Assembly (NCBI GenBank): GCA_009886115.1
Contig: VFJJ01000018.1
Span: 1 to 64,000 of the forward strand
DNA length: 64,000 nucleotides
Direction of reading: 5' to 3'
DNA from: Actinomycetota bacterium
Lineage (GTDB): Bacteria; Actinomycetota; Acidimicrobiia; IMCC26256; VFJJ01
In this document: positions 1 to 8,223 of the stretch, one piece after another
Position numbering within the stretch: the stretch's first letter is position 1
How the letters are laid out: every line of letters starts with the position of its first letter
Program-made: the position numbers and the translations under genes
Notes under the pieces: model-generated
Databases searched by the model: none
Told to the model about the DNA's origin: nothing
Seen by the model: only the letters and a program-made list of their open reading frames with translations

Positions 1-106
1 AAGGAGGACCCGAACTGACCTGACCTACCCTCACACCCGGCTCACCACCCAGCTCGACACCTGGGGAATTTCGGTGATCGCAAGTGGGGAATTTCGGAGA
101 TCCGCA
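1..106 (+). mobile_element. Right end of a probable IS21-family insertion sequence (body lies left of the window)
   Basis: Two tandem repeats TGGGGAATTTCGGTGATCGCA (62-82) and TGGGGAATTTCGGAGATCCGCA (85-106) end in CA, like IS21 multi-repeat ends. Bases 1-18 read KEDPN*, possibly the istB C-terminus. The end falls where the PIN reading frame loses homology. Confidence 0.7.
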
Positions 107-264
107 GCACCGAGGCGGTTCTCGATGAGCCAGGCTGCCTCGGGGATGACCGAAGCAGCGACAACCAGGTCGGTGCGGGTACGCAGAAGCGCGGCGCACT
201 CGCCGTGGCGGGGCTCGTTGCGGTCTGCGGCGGAGACGAAGACTCCGGTGTCAACCAACAGCAC
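31..264 (-). pseudogene. vapC: PIN-domain (VapC-like) toxin, truncated by the IS
   Basis: GTG at 264 gives VLLVDTGVFVSAADRNEPRHGECAALL...VIPEAAWLIENRLG, a PIN N-terminus with D and E acidic residues. Only ~53 aa precede the IS end, versus ~130 aa expected. Confidence 0.75.
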
Positions 265-271
265 GGTTCGC

Positions 272-502
272 TCAGACGCCCTGGGCAAGCTTCTTGGTCG
301 CCAGCTCCGCTCGCTCCCGGTGGATGTCGAACGGCTCGGTGATCGTCGATGCACCGCAACCGATGAACGCCTCGAGCGGATCCTCGACAGGGAGGGCCGC
401 GGCGAGCTCGATGATGAGCTGGGCGAGGCTGATCCCGCGCCGAGTCGCCTCGCCCTCGAGACGGGCCTGAGCGTCGGCTGGGAGATCGATGGTGACCGAC
501 AT
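272..502 (-). CDS. RHH/CopG-type antitoxin (VapB-like)
   Basis: 76 aa MSVTIDLPADAQARLEGEATRRGISLAQLI, ending 7 bp before the PIN gene. TAGACT -10 box 6 nt before the ATG. Confidence 0.8.
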   Translation of the reverse strand: MSVTIDLPADAQARLEGEATRRGISLAQLIIELAAALPVEDPLEAFIGCGASTITEPFDIHRERAELATKKLAQGV

Positions 503-679
503 GACCCGAGTCTACGGCCGGTCGCAGCCCGGTCACAGCCTCCTCCCGAGCGCGAGGGAGCTCCCCGCCCCTCACACGCCGCGAAGCCGTCGACGCACCT
601 GTCAACGCCGCTCGTGTCGGTCGCTGGGTCGATCGGGATGATGGACAGAGGGAACGTCAGCGGAAAGCCCAGCGGCCGT

Positions 680-875
680 GGAGCATGCTCGCTGGTTCAC
701 GAACGAGTGCACCTCGTTGGCGGTGATGCGGACGGCTCGGCCGATGTGGCCGGTGGCGAGTTGGGGGGTGTTGCGATGAGCTCGTAGAGGGTGCTGCGTC
801 CGACGGCGAGCATGCGGGCGGCTTGGGGGATGGTGAGCAGAAGCGGCGCGGGCGCGCTCGGATGGTCGTAGCTAC
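680..875 (-). pseudogene. Excisionase/AlpA-like HTH protein, frameshifted
   Basis: LLLTIPQAARMLAVGRSTLYELIA in one frame continues as LATGHIGRAVRITANEVHSFVNQR in another frame after the G6 run at 763-768. No clear in-frame start; boundaries approximate. Confidence 0.7.
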
Positions 876-964
876 ATCGGGCAGTCGCCCCCACTGGGGC
901 CGATCCTCCGACGATCGCGAGGAAGACACGTTCGAGCGTCCGTCGACATTCGCGACAGCCTCTC

Positions 965-986
965 AGGTGGCCAGGTAGGTGGTCAA
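965..986. repeat. Tandem 12-bp-period repeat, possible integrase arm-type site
   Basis: AGGTGGCCAGGT AGGTGGTCAA, ~60 bp from the tRNA 3' end and beside the xis remnant. Confidence 0.35.
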
Positions 987-1046
987 CCCACCCCGAGAGG
1001 CGACTAACGCTCTCAGGAAGTAACATCTGACCTGCTCTAATAGCAG

Positions 1047-1120
1047 CGCGCCCGGAGGGAATCGAACCCCCGACCCGCGGATTAGAAGTCCGCCGCTCTA
1101 TCCGGCTGAGCTACGGGCGC
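1047..1120 (-). tRNA. tRNA-Arg (anticodon UCU)
   Basis: Reverse complement GCGCCCGTAGCTCAGCCGGATAGAGCGGCGGACTTCTAATCCGCGGGTCGGGGGTTCGATTCCCTCCGGGCGCG folds as a cloverleaf with loop CT-TCT-AA and a GTTCGA T-loop. CCA is not encoded. TAGAAT -10 box at 1133-1138. Confidence 0.97.
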
Positions 1121-1230
1121 ATGAGCCGGGTGATTCTACGGCGGGCGACCTGTATCGGGGCTTCACATGAAGTGGGCGTGACAGTGGTCACGAGCTGAAG
1201 GGTCGGTCAGGGATCCGGTCAGGCATGCGG

Positions 1231-1488
1231 TCAGGGACGAAGGCGGGTCCGGCGGCCGATCCAGGTCCCGAGCCGATCGAGGACGGCACCGACGATCATG
1301 GCGCCCACGAGAACCAGGATGAGCGGTATCGCCTTGTCACCGAAGACGTAACCGATGTTGATGTCGTCGGTGTTGTCGAGCACGAACGCCGCGGCCACCG
1401 CAGCCACCACAGCGAACACAACCACCCTCATCACCAGATGTCGATGCTCCGCGGGAGCCTCTCGATCTTGATCCACCCTGGACACCAT
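1231..1488 (-). CDS. Small membrane protein, LapA/DUF1049-like
   Basis: 85 aa, two hydrophobic segments around FVLDNTDDINIGYVFG, basic C-terminus. Confidence 0.7.
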   Translation of the reverse strand: MVSRVDQDREAPAEHRHLVMRVVVFAVVAAVAAAFVLDNTDDINIGYVFGDKAIPLILVLVGAMIVGAVLDRLGTWIGRRTRLRP

Positions 1489-1650
1489 GATGGGCTTCCT
1501 TTCAGACGTTCACGTAGATGGCCACGTGACTCAGTGCTGAGCTACCCGAGTCCTGCCGGGCCCCAAACGACCGGCTCGACCTCGATCACGTTTGCGGGCC
1601 CCGCCCGCCCCCCGGCCGTCGTCGCCCGACCCACATCAGCGAGCACAACC

Positions 1651-2385
1651 TCAGGCCTTGAGGTGTTCGGCCTCGGCGTCGTGCACGCGTTCCTGGCCCA
1701 GGTACGAGTCGAGGATGGCTGAACGGTCGCTCAGCTCGGCGGCAGTCCCCGAGAGCACGACGCGTCCGCCCGAGAGCACGGCCGCCCGGTGGCAGAGCTT
1801 CAACGCCATCACGGTGTTCTGCTCCACCAGGAGGACGGGTGTGCGCTCGGCGATCTTGCGGAGCGCACGGAACACCGCCTTGACGACGATGGGGGCGAGA
1901 CCGAGCGACGGTTCGTCGAGCATCAGCAGCCGGGGAGCGGCAACCAGCGCTCGTCCGACGGCCACCATCTGCTGCTCGCCACCCGAGAGGGCCCACCCGC
2001 CGCGATCGCGCATGCCGGCGAGAGCGGGAAAGAGCGCGTAGACCTCCTCGAACGAGTACCCGTCGGCTCGCCCGGCCCGGGCCGTGGCTCCGACCTGGAG
2101 GTTCTCGTGCACCGTGAGCGTGGGGAAGATGTGTCGACCTTCGGGGACGTGGATCAGCCCGGCCTTGGCGGCCTTCTCGACGCCGAGCCGGCTCACCTCC
2201 TTGCCCTCGAACCGCACCGAGCCGCCGTAGGAGACCAGACCCGACGCCGCCCGCAGCGTCGAGGTCTTGCCGGCGCCGTTGGGTCCCAGCAGACCCACGA
2301 CCTCACCGGCGCCGACGCTGAGGCTGACCCCTCGGACGGCCTCCACGGCGCCGTAGCTGACGACCAGGTCCTCGATCTCGAGCAC
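1651..2385 (-). CDS. livF: Branched-chain amino acid-type ABC transporter ATPase (LivF-like)
   Basis: GPNGAGKT, HVPEGRHIFP, LSGGEQQM, LDEPSLGLAP. GTG start just after the upstream stop. Confidence 0.92.
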   Translation of the reverse strand: MLEIEDLVVSYGAVEAVRGVSLSVGAGEVVGLLGPNGAGKTSTLRAASGLVSYGGSVRFEGKEVSRLGVEKAAKAGLIHVPEGRHIFPTLTVHENLQVGATARAGRADGYSFEEVYALFPALAGMRDRGGWALSGGEQQMVAVGRALVAAPRLLMLDEPSLGLAPIVVKAVFRALRKIAERTPVLLVEQNTVMALKLCHRAAVLSGGRVVLSGTAAELSDRSAILDSYLGQERVHDAEAEHLKA

Positions 2386-2386
2386 G

Positions 2387-4432
2387 TCAGGCCTCCGAGC
2401 CCGTGAGCGTCGGCGAGGGGGGCTCCCCGACACCGACCGGCTCGTCGTCGGCGACACCGAGGTAGGCGTTGATGACCCGCTCGTCGTCCCAGATCGTCAC
2501 CGGATCGCCCTCGGCGACCAGCGTGCCCAGCTCGAGGACGGCGACCCGTTCGCACAGGTTGGAGATGAAGTCGATCTTGTGGTCGACCACCAGCAGCGAG
2601 ATGCCTTCGTCGCGCAGGGTCCGCAAGTGGCGGGCGAGGATCTGCGTCTCGGCGGCGTTGAGCCCAGCAGACGGCTCGTCGAGCAGGATGATCGCCGGCT
2701 CCGCGGCGATCACGCGGGCCACCTCGAGCAGCCGCTGCTGGCCGTACGACAAGCCCGCAGCCGATCGCTCGGCCTTGTCGAGCAGCCCCACCCGATCGAG
2801 CGCGGCCTCGGCTCGGGCCCATCGGGCCTTCTCGTGCTTGAGCATGAGCGGACGGAGGAACCAGGCCGCGGCGATTCCCGTGTAGCGACGGTCGGCCGTC
2901 GACAAGAGGACGTTCTCGATGCAGCTCAGGTGCAGGAACGTCTGCGGGGTCTGGTAGGTACGCAACAGACCGGCCCGGCGCACGCCTGCGCTGTTGCCGA
3001 GCCGCACCGGCTGACCGTTGATGCTCAACGATCCCGTCGCCGGTACGACACCGTTGACGGCGTTGAGGAACGTCGACTTCCCGGAGCCGTTGGGACCGAT
3101 GAGCCCGAGGATCTCGTTGCGATGCAACGTGAGCGACACCCCGGCCACGGCCCTCACACCACCGAAGCTCACGGCGATGTCGTTGGCGACGAGGACGGGT
3201 GCCCCGGAGTCGGCCGTCGAGCGTGGGGCGGCCGACACCGGAGCAGGATCCGAAACAGCCGTGTCCGACACCGGATCCGACACAGCCGCCTCACCGACGT
3301 CACCGCCGTTGCTCACCGACGACTCGCCACCGACGATCGGGTCGGCTCGAGCGCCGCGCTTGAGCCCCAGCAGCGTCACCAGCCAGTTGGGGGTCGCGGA
3401 CCGGTCCCCGGCACCTGCCTTGGGTCGCCGGATACGCCCCCAGATCCCCACGATGCCGTCGGGCAGGGCGATCATCACGATCACGAGCACGCCGCCGTAG
3501 ACGATCTGGCGGCCCCCGATCAGCGACGGGAACTCCTTCTCGGCCTTGTCGAGGAAGTCGACGATATAGGTGTAGAACCAGGCGCCGACGATGGCGCCCC
3601 AGCGCGAACCGATCCCGCCGAGGATGAGCATCAAGAACACGCCCAGGCCGAGCTCGACGCCCCAGGTGAGGGTCTCGATGAACCCGTTGAGCGCTCCCCA
3701 GCACGCTCCGGTGAGCCCGGCCAGCACCGAGCCGAGCACGAACGACGTGACGCGAAGCTGCAGCGACGGGATGCCGAGGGTCTTCGAGACGACCTCGTGA
3801 TCGCGGTTGGCGATGTTCTCGCGCACGAACGGCGAGCGTTCGAGCCAGGCGCCCAGGGTCATGACGATCCCCAGCAGCACGAGCAGGAAGGCGAACTGCT
3901 CGCCGTAGGAGTCGAGGACATGGCCGAACAGGCTGACGTCACGGATGTTGGTGACCTCGCCGCCCAGACCGCCGTTGAGGCCCTTCCACTTCTCGAACAT
4001 CAGGATGAGGATCTCGGCCACGCCCAAGGTGGCGATGGCGAAGTAGAAGTGGGCGGCCCGCTTGACGAGAAGCGCGAACAACATCGAGATGAGCGCGCTC
4101 GAGACGAGCGCGGCCAGCAACCCCAGCCAGAACGAATGGTTCTTCGACGCCCACTGCGAGGTGTAGGCCCCCAGCCCGGCGAAGGCCGCTTGCGAGAACG
4201 CGAACTGCCCCGACACGCCGAACACGAAATAAAACCCGATGACGAGCACGGAGTACAGGAGCCAGGTGTTGGCCTGCTTCTCGTTGGCCAGGCCGTCGAC
4301 CCACACGAGCCGGAACACGACGAGACCCACCAGGAAGAGCACGATCGCCGAGTAGGGCTGGCCCCGAAAGACCGGCGGGCGTTTCAGGGCACCCATCGAG
4401 CGGCCCCGTCCGGTGCTGCTAGAGGCGGCCAT
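2387..4432 (-). CDS. LivM permease fused to LivG ATPase
   Basis: N-terminal multi-TM region (GQFAFSQAAF, YFAIATLG); C-terminal GPNGSGKST, LSYGQQRLLE, LDEPSAGL. Confidence 0.9.
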   Translation of the reverse strand: MAASSSTGRGRSMGALKRPPVFRGQPYSAIVLFLVGLVVFRLVWVDGLANEKQANTWLLYSVLVIGFYFVFGVSGQFAFSQAAFAGLGAYTSQWASKNHSFWLGLLAALVSSALISMLFALLVKRAAHFYFAIATLGVAEILILMFEKWKGLNGGLGGEVTNIRDVSLFGHVLDSYGEQFAFLLVLLGIVMTLGAWLERSPFVRENIANRDHEVVSKTLGIPSLQLRVTSFVLGSVLAGLTGACWGALNGFIETLTWGVELGLGVFLMLILGGIGSRWGAIVGAWFYTYIVDFLDKAEKEFPSLIGGRQIVYGGVLVIVMIALPDGIVGIWGRIRRPKAGAGDRSATPNWLVTLLGLKRGARADPIVGGESSVSNGGDVGEAAVSDPVSDTAVSDPAPVSAAPRSTADSGAPVLVANDIAVSFGGVRAVAGVSLTLHRNEILGLIGPNGSGKSTFLNAVNGVVPATGSLSINGQPVRLGNSAGVRRAGLLRTYQTPQTFLHLSCIENVLLSTADRRYTGIAAAWFLRPLMLKHEKARWARAEAALDRVGLLDKAERSAAGLSYGQQRLLEVARVIAAEPAIILLDEPSAGLNAAETQILARHLRTLRDEGISLLVVDHKIDFISNLCERVAVLELGTLVAEGDPVTIWDDERVINAYLGVADDEPVGVGEPPSPTLTGSEA

Positions 4433-5375
4433 GAGCAGCTCCCCGGGAGAACAGACCCTGGGGCCTGACCGCGATCACGATGAGCATCAGGACGTACGGG
4501 AATGCCGACTTGTACTCACTCAGGCAGTACCCGCCCACGATCTGCTCGGAGAGGCCGATCATGAATCCGCCGATCACGACACCGCCGAGGCTGCCGAAGC
4601 CGCCGAGGATGGCGGCCGAGAAGCCGGCCAGCATGGCGCCGAACCCCAGCGTGAGATCGACGTTCTGCGTGGGCCCGATGAGGATGCCGGCCAGCCCGGC
4701 GAGCGCGGTCGACAGGCCGAAGGCGATCATCGACATCTTGGTGGCGGCCACACCGTGCATGCGGGCGGTCTCGCGGTCGGCGGCGATGGCCCGTACCTGG
4801 CGGCCGAACTGGGTCCTGTTGAACACGGCGATCATCACGGCGACGACGACCAGGGTGACGACGAAGACGGCGATCTTGACCGGGGGGATGGCTGCGCCGC
4901 CGATCTTGACCGGGTCGCGGCCCTTGAGTGGCGAGAACAGCGAGGTGGGAGTGGTGTCCTGCCAGAGGGCGATGATCGCCCGGATGACCAGTGCCGCACC
5001 GAGGGTGGCGATCACCACGACGTGGATCGACCGCCCCTTCAGCGGGGCGTAGGCCACCCGCTCGAGCACGATCCCGATGCCGAACATCATCACGAGCGTG
5101 AGCACGTAGGCCAACAGCCACGGCGCATCGCGATCTCGCATCCACCAGATGGCGATGTAGGCGCCGAGGGTGATCATGTCGCCCTGGGCGAAGCTGATCA
5201 CCCCGGTGGCCTTCTGCATGAGCAGGAAGCCGAGTGCCGCCAGGGCGGCGATCGAACCGATCGAGAGACCACTGAACAGCAGCGAGATGAAGGTACGCTT
5301 GCCCCCCGTGAACTCGCACAGCGCGGCGATCGTGTTGACGGCGCCTCCGAGCGCCGCGGTCACGACGGTCTCCAT
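4419..5375 (-). CDS. livH: Branched-chain amino acid-type ABC permease (LivH-like)
   Basis: ATGVISFAQG, RTQFGRQVRAIA, AAILGGFGS, VRPQGLF motifs. Confidence 0.9.
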   Translation of the reverse strand: METVVTAALGGAVNTIAALCEFTGGKRTFISLLFSGLSIGSIAALAALGFLLMQKATGVISFAQGDMITLGAYIAIWWMRDRDAPWLLAYVLTLVMMFGIGIVLERVAYAPLKGRSIHVVVIATLGAALVIRAIIALWQDTTPTSLFSPLKGRDPVKIGGAAIPPVKIAVFVVTLVVVAVMIAVFNRTQFGRQVRAIAADRETARMHGVAATKMSMIAFGLSTALAGLAGILIGPTQNVDLTLGFGAMLAGFSAAILGGFGSLGGVVIGGFMIGLSEQIVGGYCLSEYKSAFPYVLMLIVIAVRPQGLFSRGAAHGRL

Positions 5376-5409
5376 GGTCCCCCGTTCATGAAGCTGTCCG
5401 TCGACGACG

Positions 5410-5445
5410 CCGGAGGGGGCGGCTCAGCGGAGCCGCCCCCTCCGG
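5410..5445. terminator. Perfect 16-bp stem-loop after the binding-protein gene (terminator or mRNA stabiliser)
   Basis: CCGGAGGGGGCGGCTC-AGCG-GAGCCGCCCCCTCCGG. Confidence 0.8.
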
Positions 5446-5462
5446 GTGAAGCGACTACCAGC

Positions 5463-6749
5463 TCAGAAGCTGAGCTCCTTGATGATGTTGATCGTGCCGC
5501 CCTCGTAGTCGACCACGATGGCCGAGTGGTGCAGCCCGTTGCCCTCGTCGGTCTCGTACGTGGTGCAGATGCCCTCGTGGCTCGTCTCGGCCAGGGCGTC
5601 GCGCACAGCCGCAGGGTCGGTGCTGCCGGCCCGCTCGATGGCCGCCTTGATGATGTAGATGGCGTCGTAGGTCTCGGCCGCCGCGTAGTTCGGCGGGCCG
5701 CCGAACTCGTCCTCGTACTTGGCTGACCACTCCTCGTTCTGCAGCGTCGGGAGACAGTCCTCGACGCCGTAGAGCAGGTCGCGGGCCTCGTCGGTGAGGT
5801 TGCCCGCGAGGAACGCGAAGCCGGCGCTGGCCCCGTCGACGTGGGGGATGGTGACGCCGTTCTCGATGAGCTGGTTGGCGAACACGGTGATCGGGTTCGG
5901 GAAGTTCACGTTGAGGATGAGGTCGGGGTCACCGTTTTGGATGGCCAACACCTGCGTGGTCATGTCGGTGGCGTCGAACTCGTTGGTCTCACGTGTCGTG
6001 ACCTCGATGCCGAGCGCTTCGAGCTCGGTTTCCATGACGTCACAACTCGCCGTGCCGAACGGGTTGTTCACGCAGAGCAGGGCGACCTTGGTCGGTGCGA
6101 ACTCGTCGTTGACGAAGGCCACCTGCTGCGCTGCGATCGCGGTGTTGCGGGGCCGGTAGATGAAGACCCACTCGTTGCCGACGCCACCCTCTCCCTCGTA
6201 GTCGAGGAAGGCTTGCGGTGCGGCCGAGAACAAGATGGCCGGGATCTCGGCCTTGGCGATCTCGGGCGCTGCCGCGATCACCTGACCCGACGACGGCAGA
6301 CCGATGATCACCGTGGGCGCCGCGTCGATGGCCTCCAGCGTCGACTGAACCGCTGCGTCGGCTGCGAGACCGGCTGCGATGCGTTCGTAGCTGACCTCCT
6401 GGCCGCCGATGCCGCCTGCCGCGTTGATCTCGTCGATGGCCATCTGCGCGCCAGCGGCGAAGTAGGGCTGGGCTGCCGGGCTCTCGCCGGTGTCCTCGTA
6501 GAGGCCGATGATCGACACCGGCTCGTCGAGCACGAGCTCGGGAGCGGCCGTGGTGGTCGGGGCGTCAGCGGAAGGCGCTGTGGTCGCGGCGGTGGTCGTC
6601 GCTGCGGCTGCCGTCGTCGTGGTCTCGTCGGCTGCCGGAGCAGTCGTGGTGCCTTCAGCCGCCGGTGCGTCGTCGTCATCGTCGCCGCATGCCGCGGCCA
6701 CGATGGAGAGCAGCGCAACCGGGATGATCAATCTCCGCCAGAGTTTCAC
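5463..6749 (-). CDS. ABC substrate-binding lipoprotein (LivJ/Peripla_BP_6 type)
   Basis: Lipobox AAACGDDDDD, T/A-rich linker, AIDEINAAGGIGG, YDAIYIIKAAIE. GTG start with GGGGAAAAG upstream. Confidence 0.88.
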   Translation of the reverse strand: MKLWRRLIIPVALLSIVAAACGDDDDDAPAAEGTTTAPAADETTTTAAAATTTAATTAPSADAPTTTAAPELVLDEPVSIIGLYEDTGESPAAQPYFAAGAQMAIDEINAAGGIGGQEVSYERIAAGLAADAAVQSTLEAIDAAPTVIIGLPSSGQVIAAAPEIAKAEIPAILFSAAPQAFLDYEGEGGVGNEWVFIYRPRNTAIAAQQVAFVNDEFAPTKVALLCVNNPFGTASCDVMETELEALGIEVTTRETNEFDATDMTTQVLAIQNGDPDLILNVNFPNPITVFANQLIENGVTIPHVDGASAGFAFLAGNLTDEARDLLYGVEDCLPTLQNEEWSAKYEDEFGGPPNYAAAETYDAIYIIKAAIERAGSTDPAAVRDALAETSHEGICTTYETDEGNGLHHSAIVVDYEGGTINIIKELSF

Positions 6750-6921
6750 AGGCTTTTCCCCCATGTGGTCGAGCGGCCGGGTCCCCACCCGACTGAAGGC
6801 GCTCGTCTCCGGACCGTAGCGACCAGATCCGATGCGCCGCAAGACCGATCGGAGCGGCGGGCGCTCACCCGAGCGGATCGGCGCCGCCGTCGCCCGCCCT
6901 GGGTCGCCCCTCGGGCCTTCG

Positions 6922-8001
6922 CTATTCGCCGCGCTCGCTGCCGCGCAGCTCGGCCCGCCGGAGGACCGCCTCGAGCTGGCTGGCGAGCGTTCCCACGTTG
7001 GCCTCGGCGAACATCGAGTTGTGGTCGCCGGGAGCCTCGATCACCTCCAGCGCGCCGCCGATGAACGGAGTCCATCCGTTGTCGGCGGGGAACGTCGCTC
7101 CGAGACGCTCGGCCTTGAACAGCACCGCCGATCCGTCGTAGCGGGTGAGGTCGAAGCGATCGAGCGCGGCGAGGAACGGCTCGGTGAGATCGACCCCTCC
7201 GGCCGGCTCAGGCCCGCCCTGACCCCGCCAGGCATCGAGTCGGGACGCGACCATGTCGCCGGCGTATCGGGCGGAGTATCGGAGGCCGCGGCTTCTCAGG
7301 TTCTGCCGCAGCGTGCGGAGCTGCTCGCTCCGTGGACGCTCGTTGACCCCGGGGCAGAACGTGTCGAGCAACACGACGAGGTCGACGGCGTCGCCGGTCG
7401 TCGCGAAACGCCGGGCCATCTCGATCGCGACGACGCCGCCACCCGAGAAACCACCGAGCAGGTACGGCCCATTGGGTTGCACCGCTCTGATCGCCCGGCA
7501 GTACCGGGCTGCCATCATCTCGATCGACGGGTCGGGGTGCGTGCCGGGGAGGAGCCCGTGCGCCTGGAGCCCGTAGAACGGGCGGTCGTCGAGGTGGCGC
7601 GCCAGGCGCTGGAACGTGAGGACGTTGCCACCTCGGCCGTGCACGCAGAAGAACGGTCGCCGCTCGCCGCCGCGGCTGACGGGCACCAGGTTCGCCCACG
7701 GCGACGAGGCCGACGTTCCGGGGTGACCGATCGCGTCGGTTGTTGGGTTCTCGAGCTCGGCTTGGACGAACGCGGCGAGCTCGTTCGGGGTGGGCGCCTC
7801 CAGCAGGGCAGACAGCCCGAGCTGAACGTTGAAGGTCTCGGTGATGCGCGTGAAGACCCGGACGGCCTGCATCGACGTGCCCCCGAGGTCGAAGAAGCTG
7901 GCGTCGAGACCGATCGACCCCTGCTCGAGCACGTCGCGCCAGATCTCGAGCATCTGGTCGACGACCGAGGGGCCACCATCGTCTCCCGCGCTCGTCGTCA
8001 T
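6922..8001 (-). CDS. Stand-alone carrier protein (PP-binding) plus thioesterase didomain
   Basis: IWRDVL...SFFDLGGTSMQA (phosphopantetheine Ser). Thioesterase motifs FFCVHGRGG, GPYLLGGFSGGG, PGDHNSM. Confidence 0.88.
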   Translation of the reverse strand: MTTSAGDDGGPSVVDQMLEIWRDVLEQGSIGLDASFFDLGGTSMQAVRVFTRITETFNVQLGLSALLEAPTPNELAAFVQAELENPTTDAIGHPGTSASSPWANLVPVSRGGERRPFFCVHGRGGNVLTFQRLARHLDDRPFYGLQAHGLLPGTHPDPSIEMMAARYCRAIRAVQPNGPYLLGGFSGGGVVAIEMARRFATTGDAVDLVVLLDTFCPGVNERPRSEQLRTLRQNLRSRGLRYSARYAGDMVASRLDAWRGQGGPEPAGGVDLTEPFLAALDRFDLTRYDGSAVLFKAERLGATFPADNGWTPFIGGALEVIEAPGDHNSMFAEANVGTLASQLEAVLRRAELRGSERGE

Positions 8002-8223
8002 CGCGCTGCTCCGCTCCTCGGCCGGGGGTCCAGGTGGCACGATAACCGCGGAGAGTGCCCGAACGCCCGCTAGTAGTGGTATCCGTGGGAAGGGTCCACA
8101 CTACACTCACGGTGCGTCTACCGAACCTCGATCCGCGGCGATCGAGACCGGCGACGTGCCTGGCGACGCTCCCCGAGGCGATCGTCACGGCGTCGAGGAG
8201 TGTCGCACGAGAGTGGCTGCCTG

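Noticed and set aside
2387..4432. LivM-LivG fusion as a novelty
   Set aside because: A common architecture in actinobacterial Liv-type systems.
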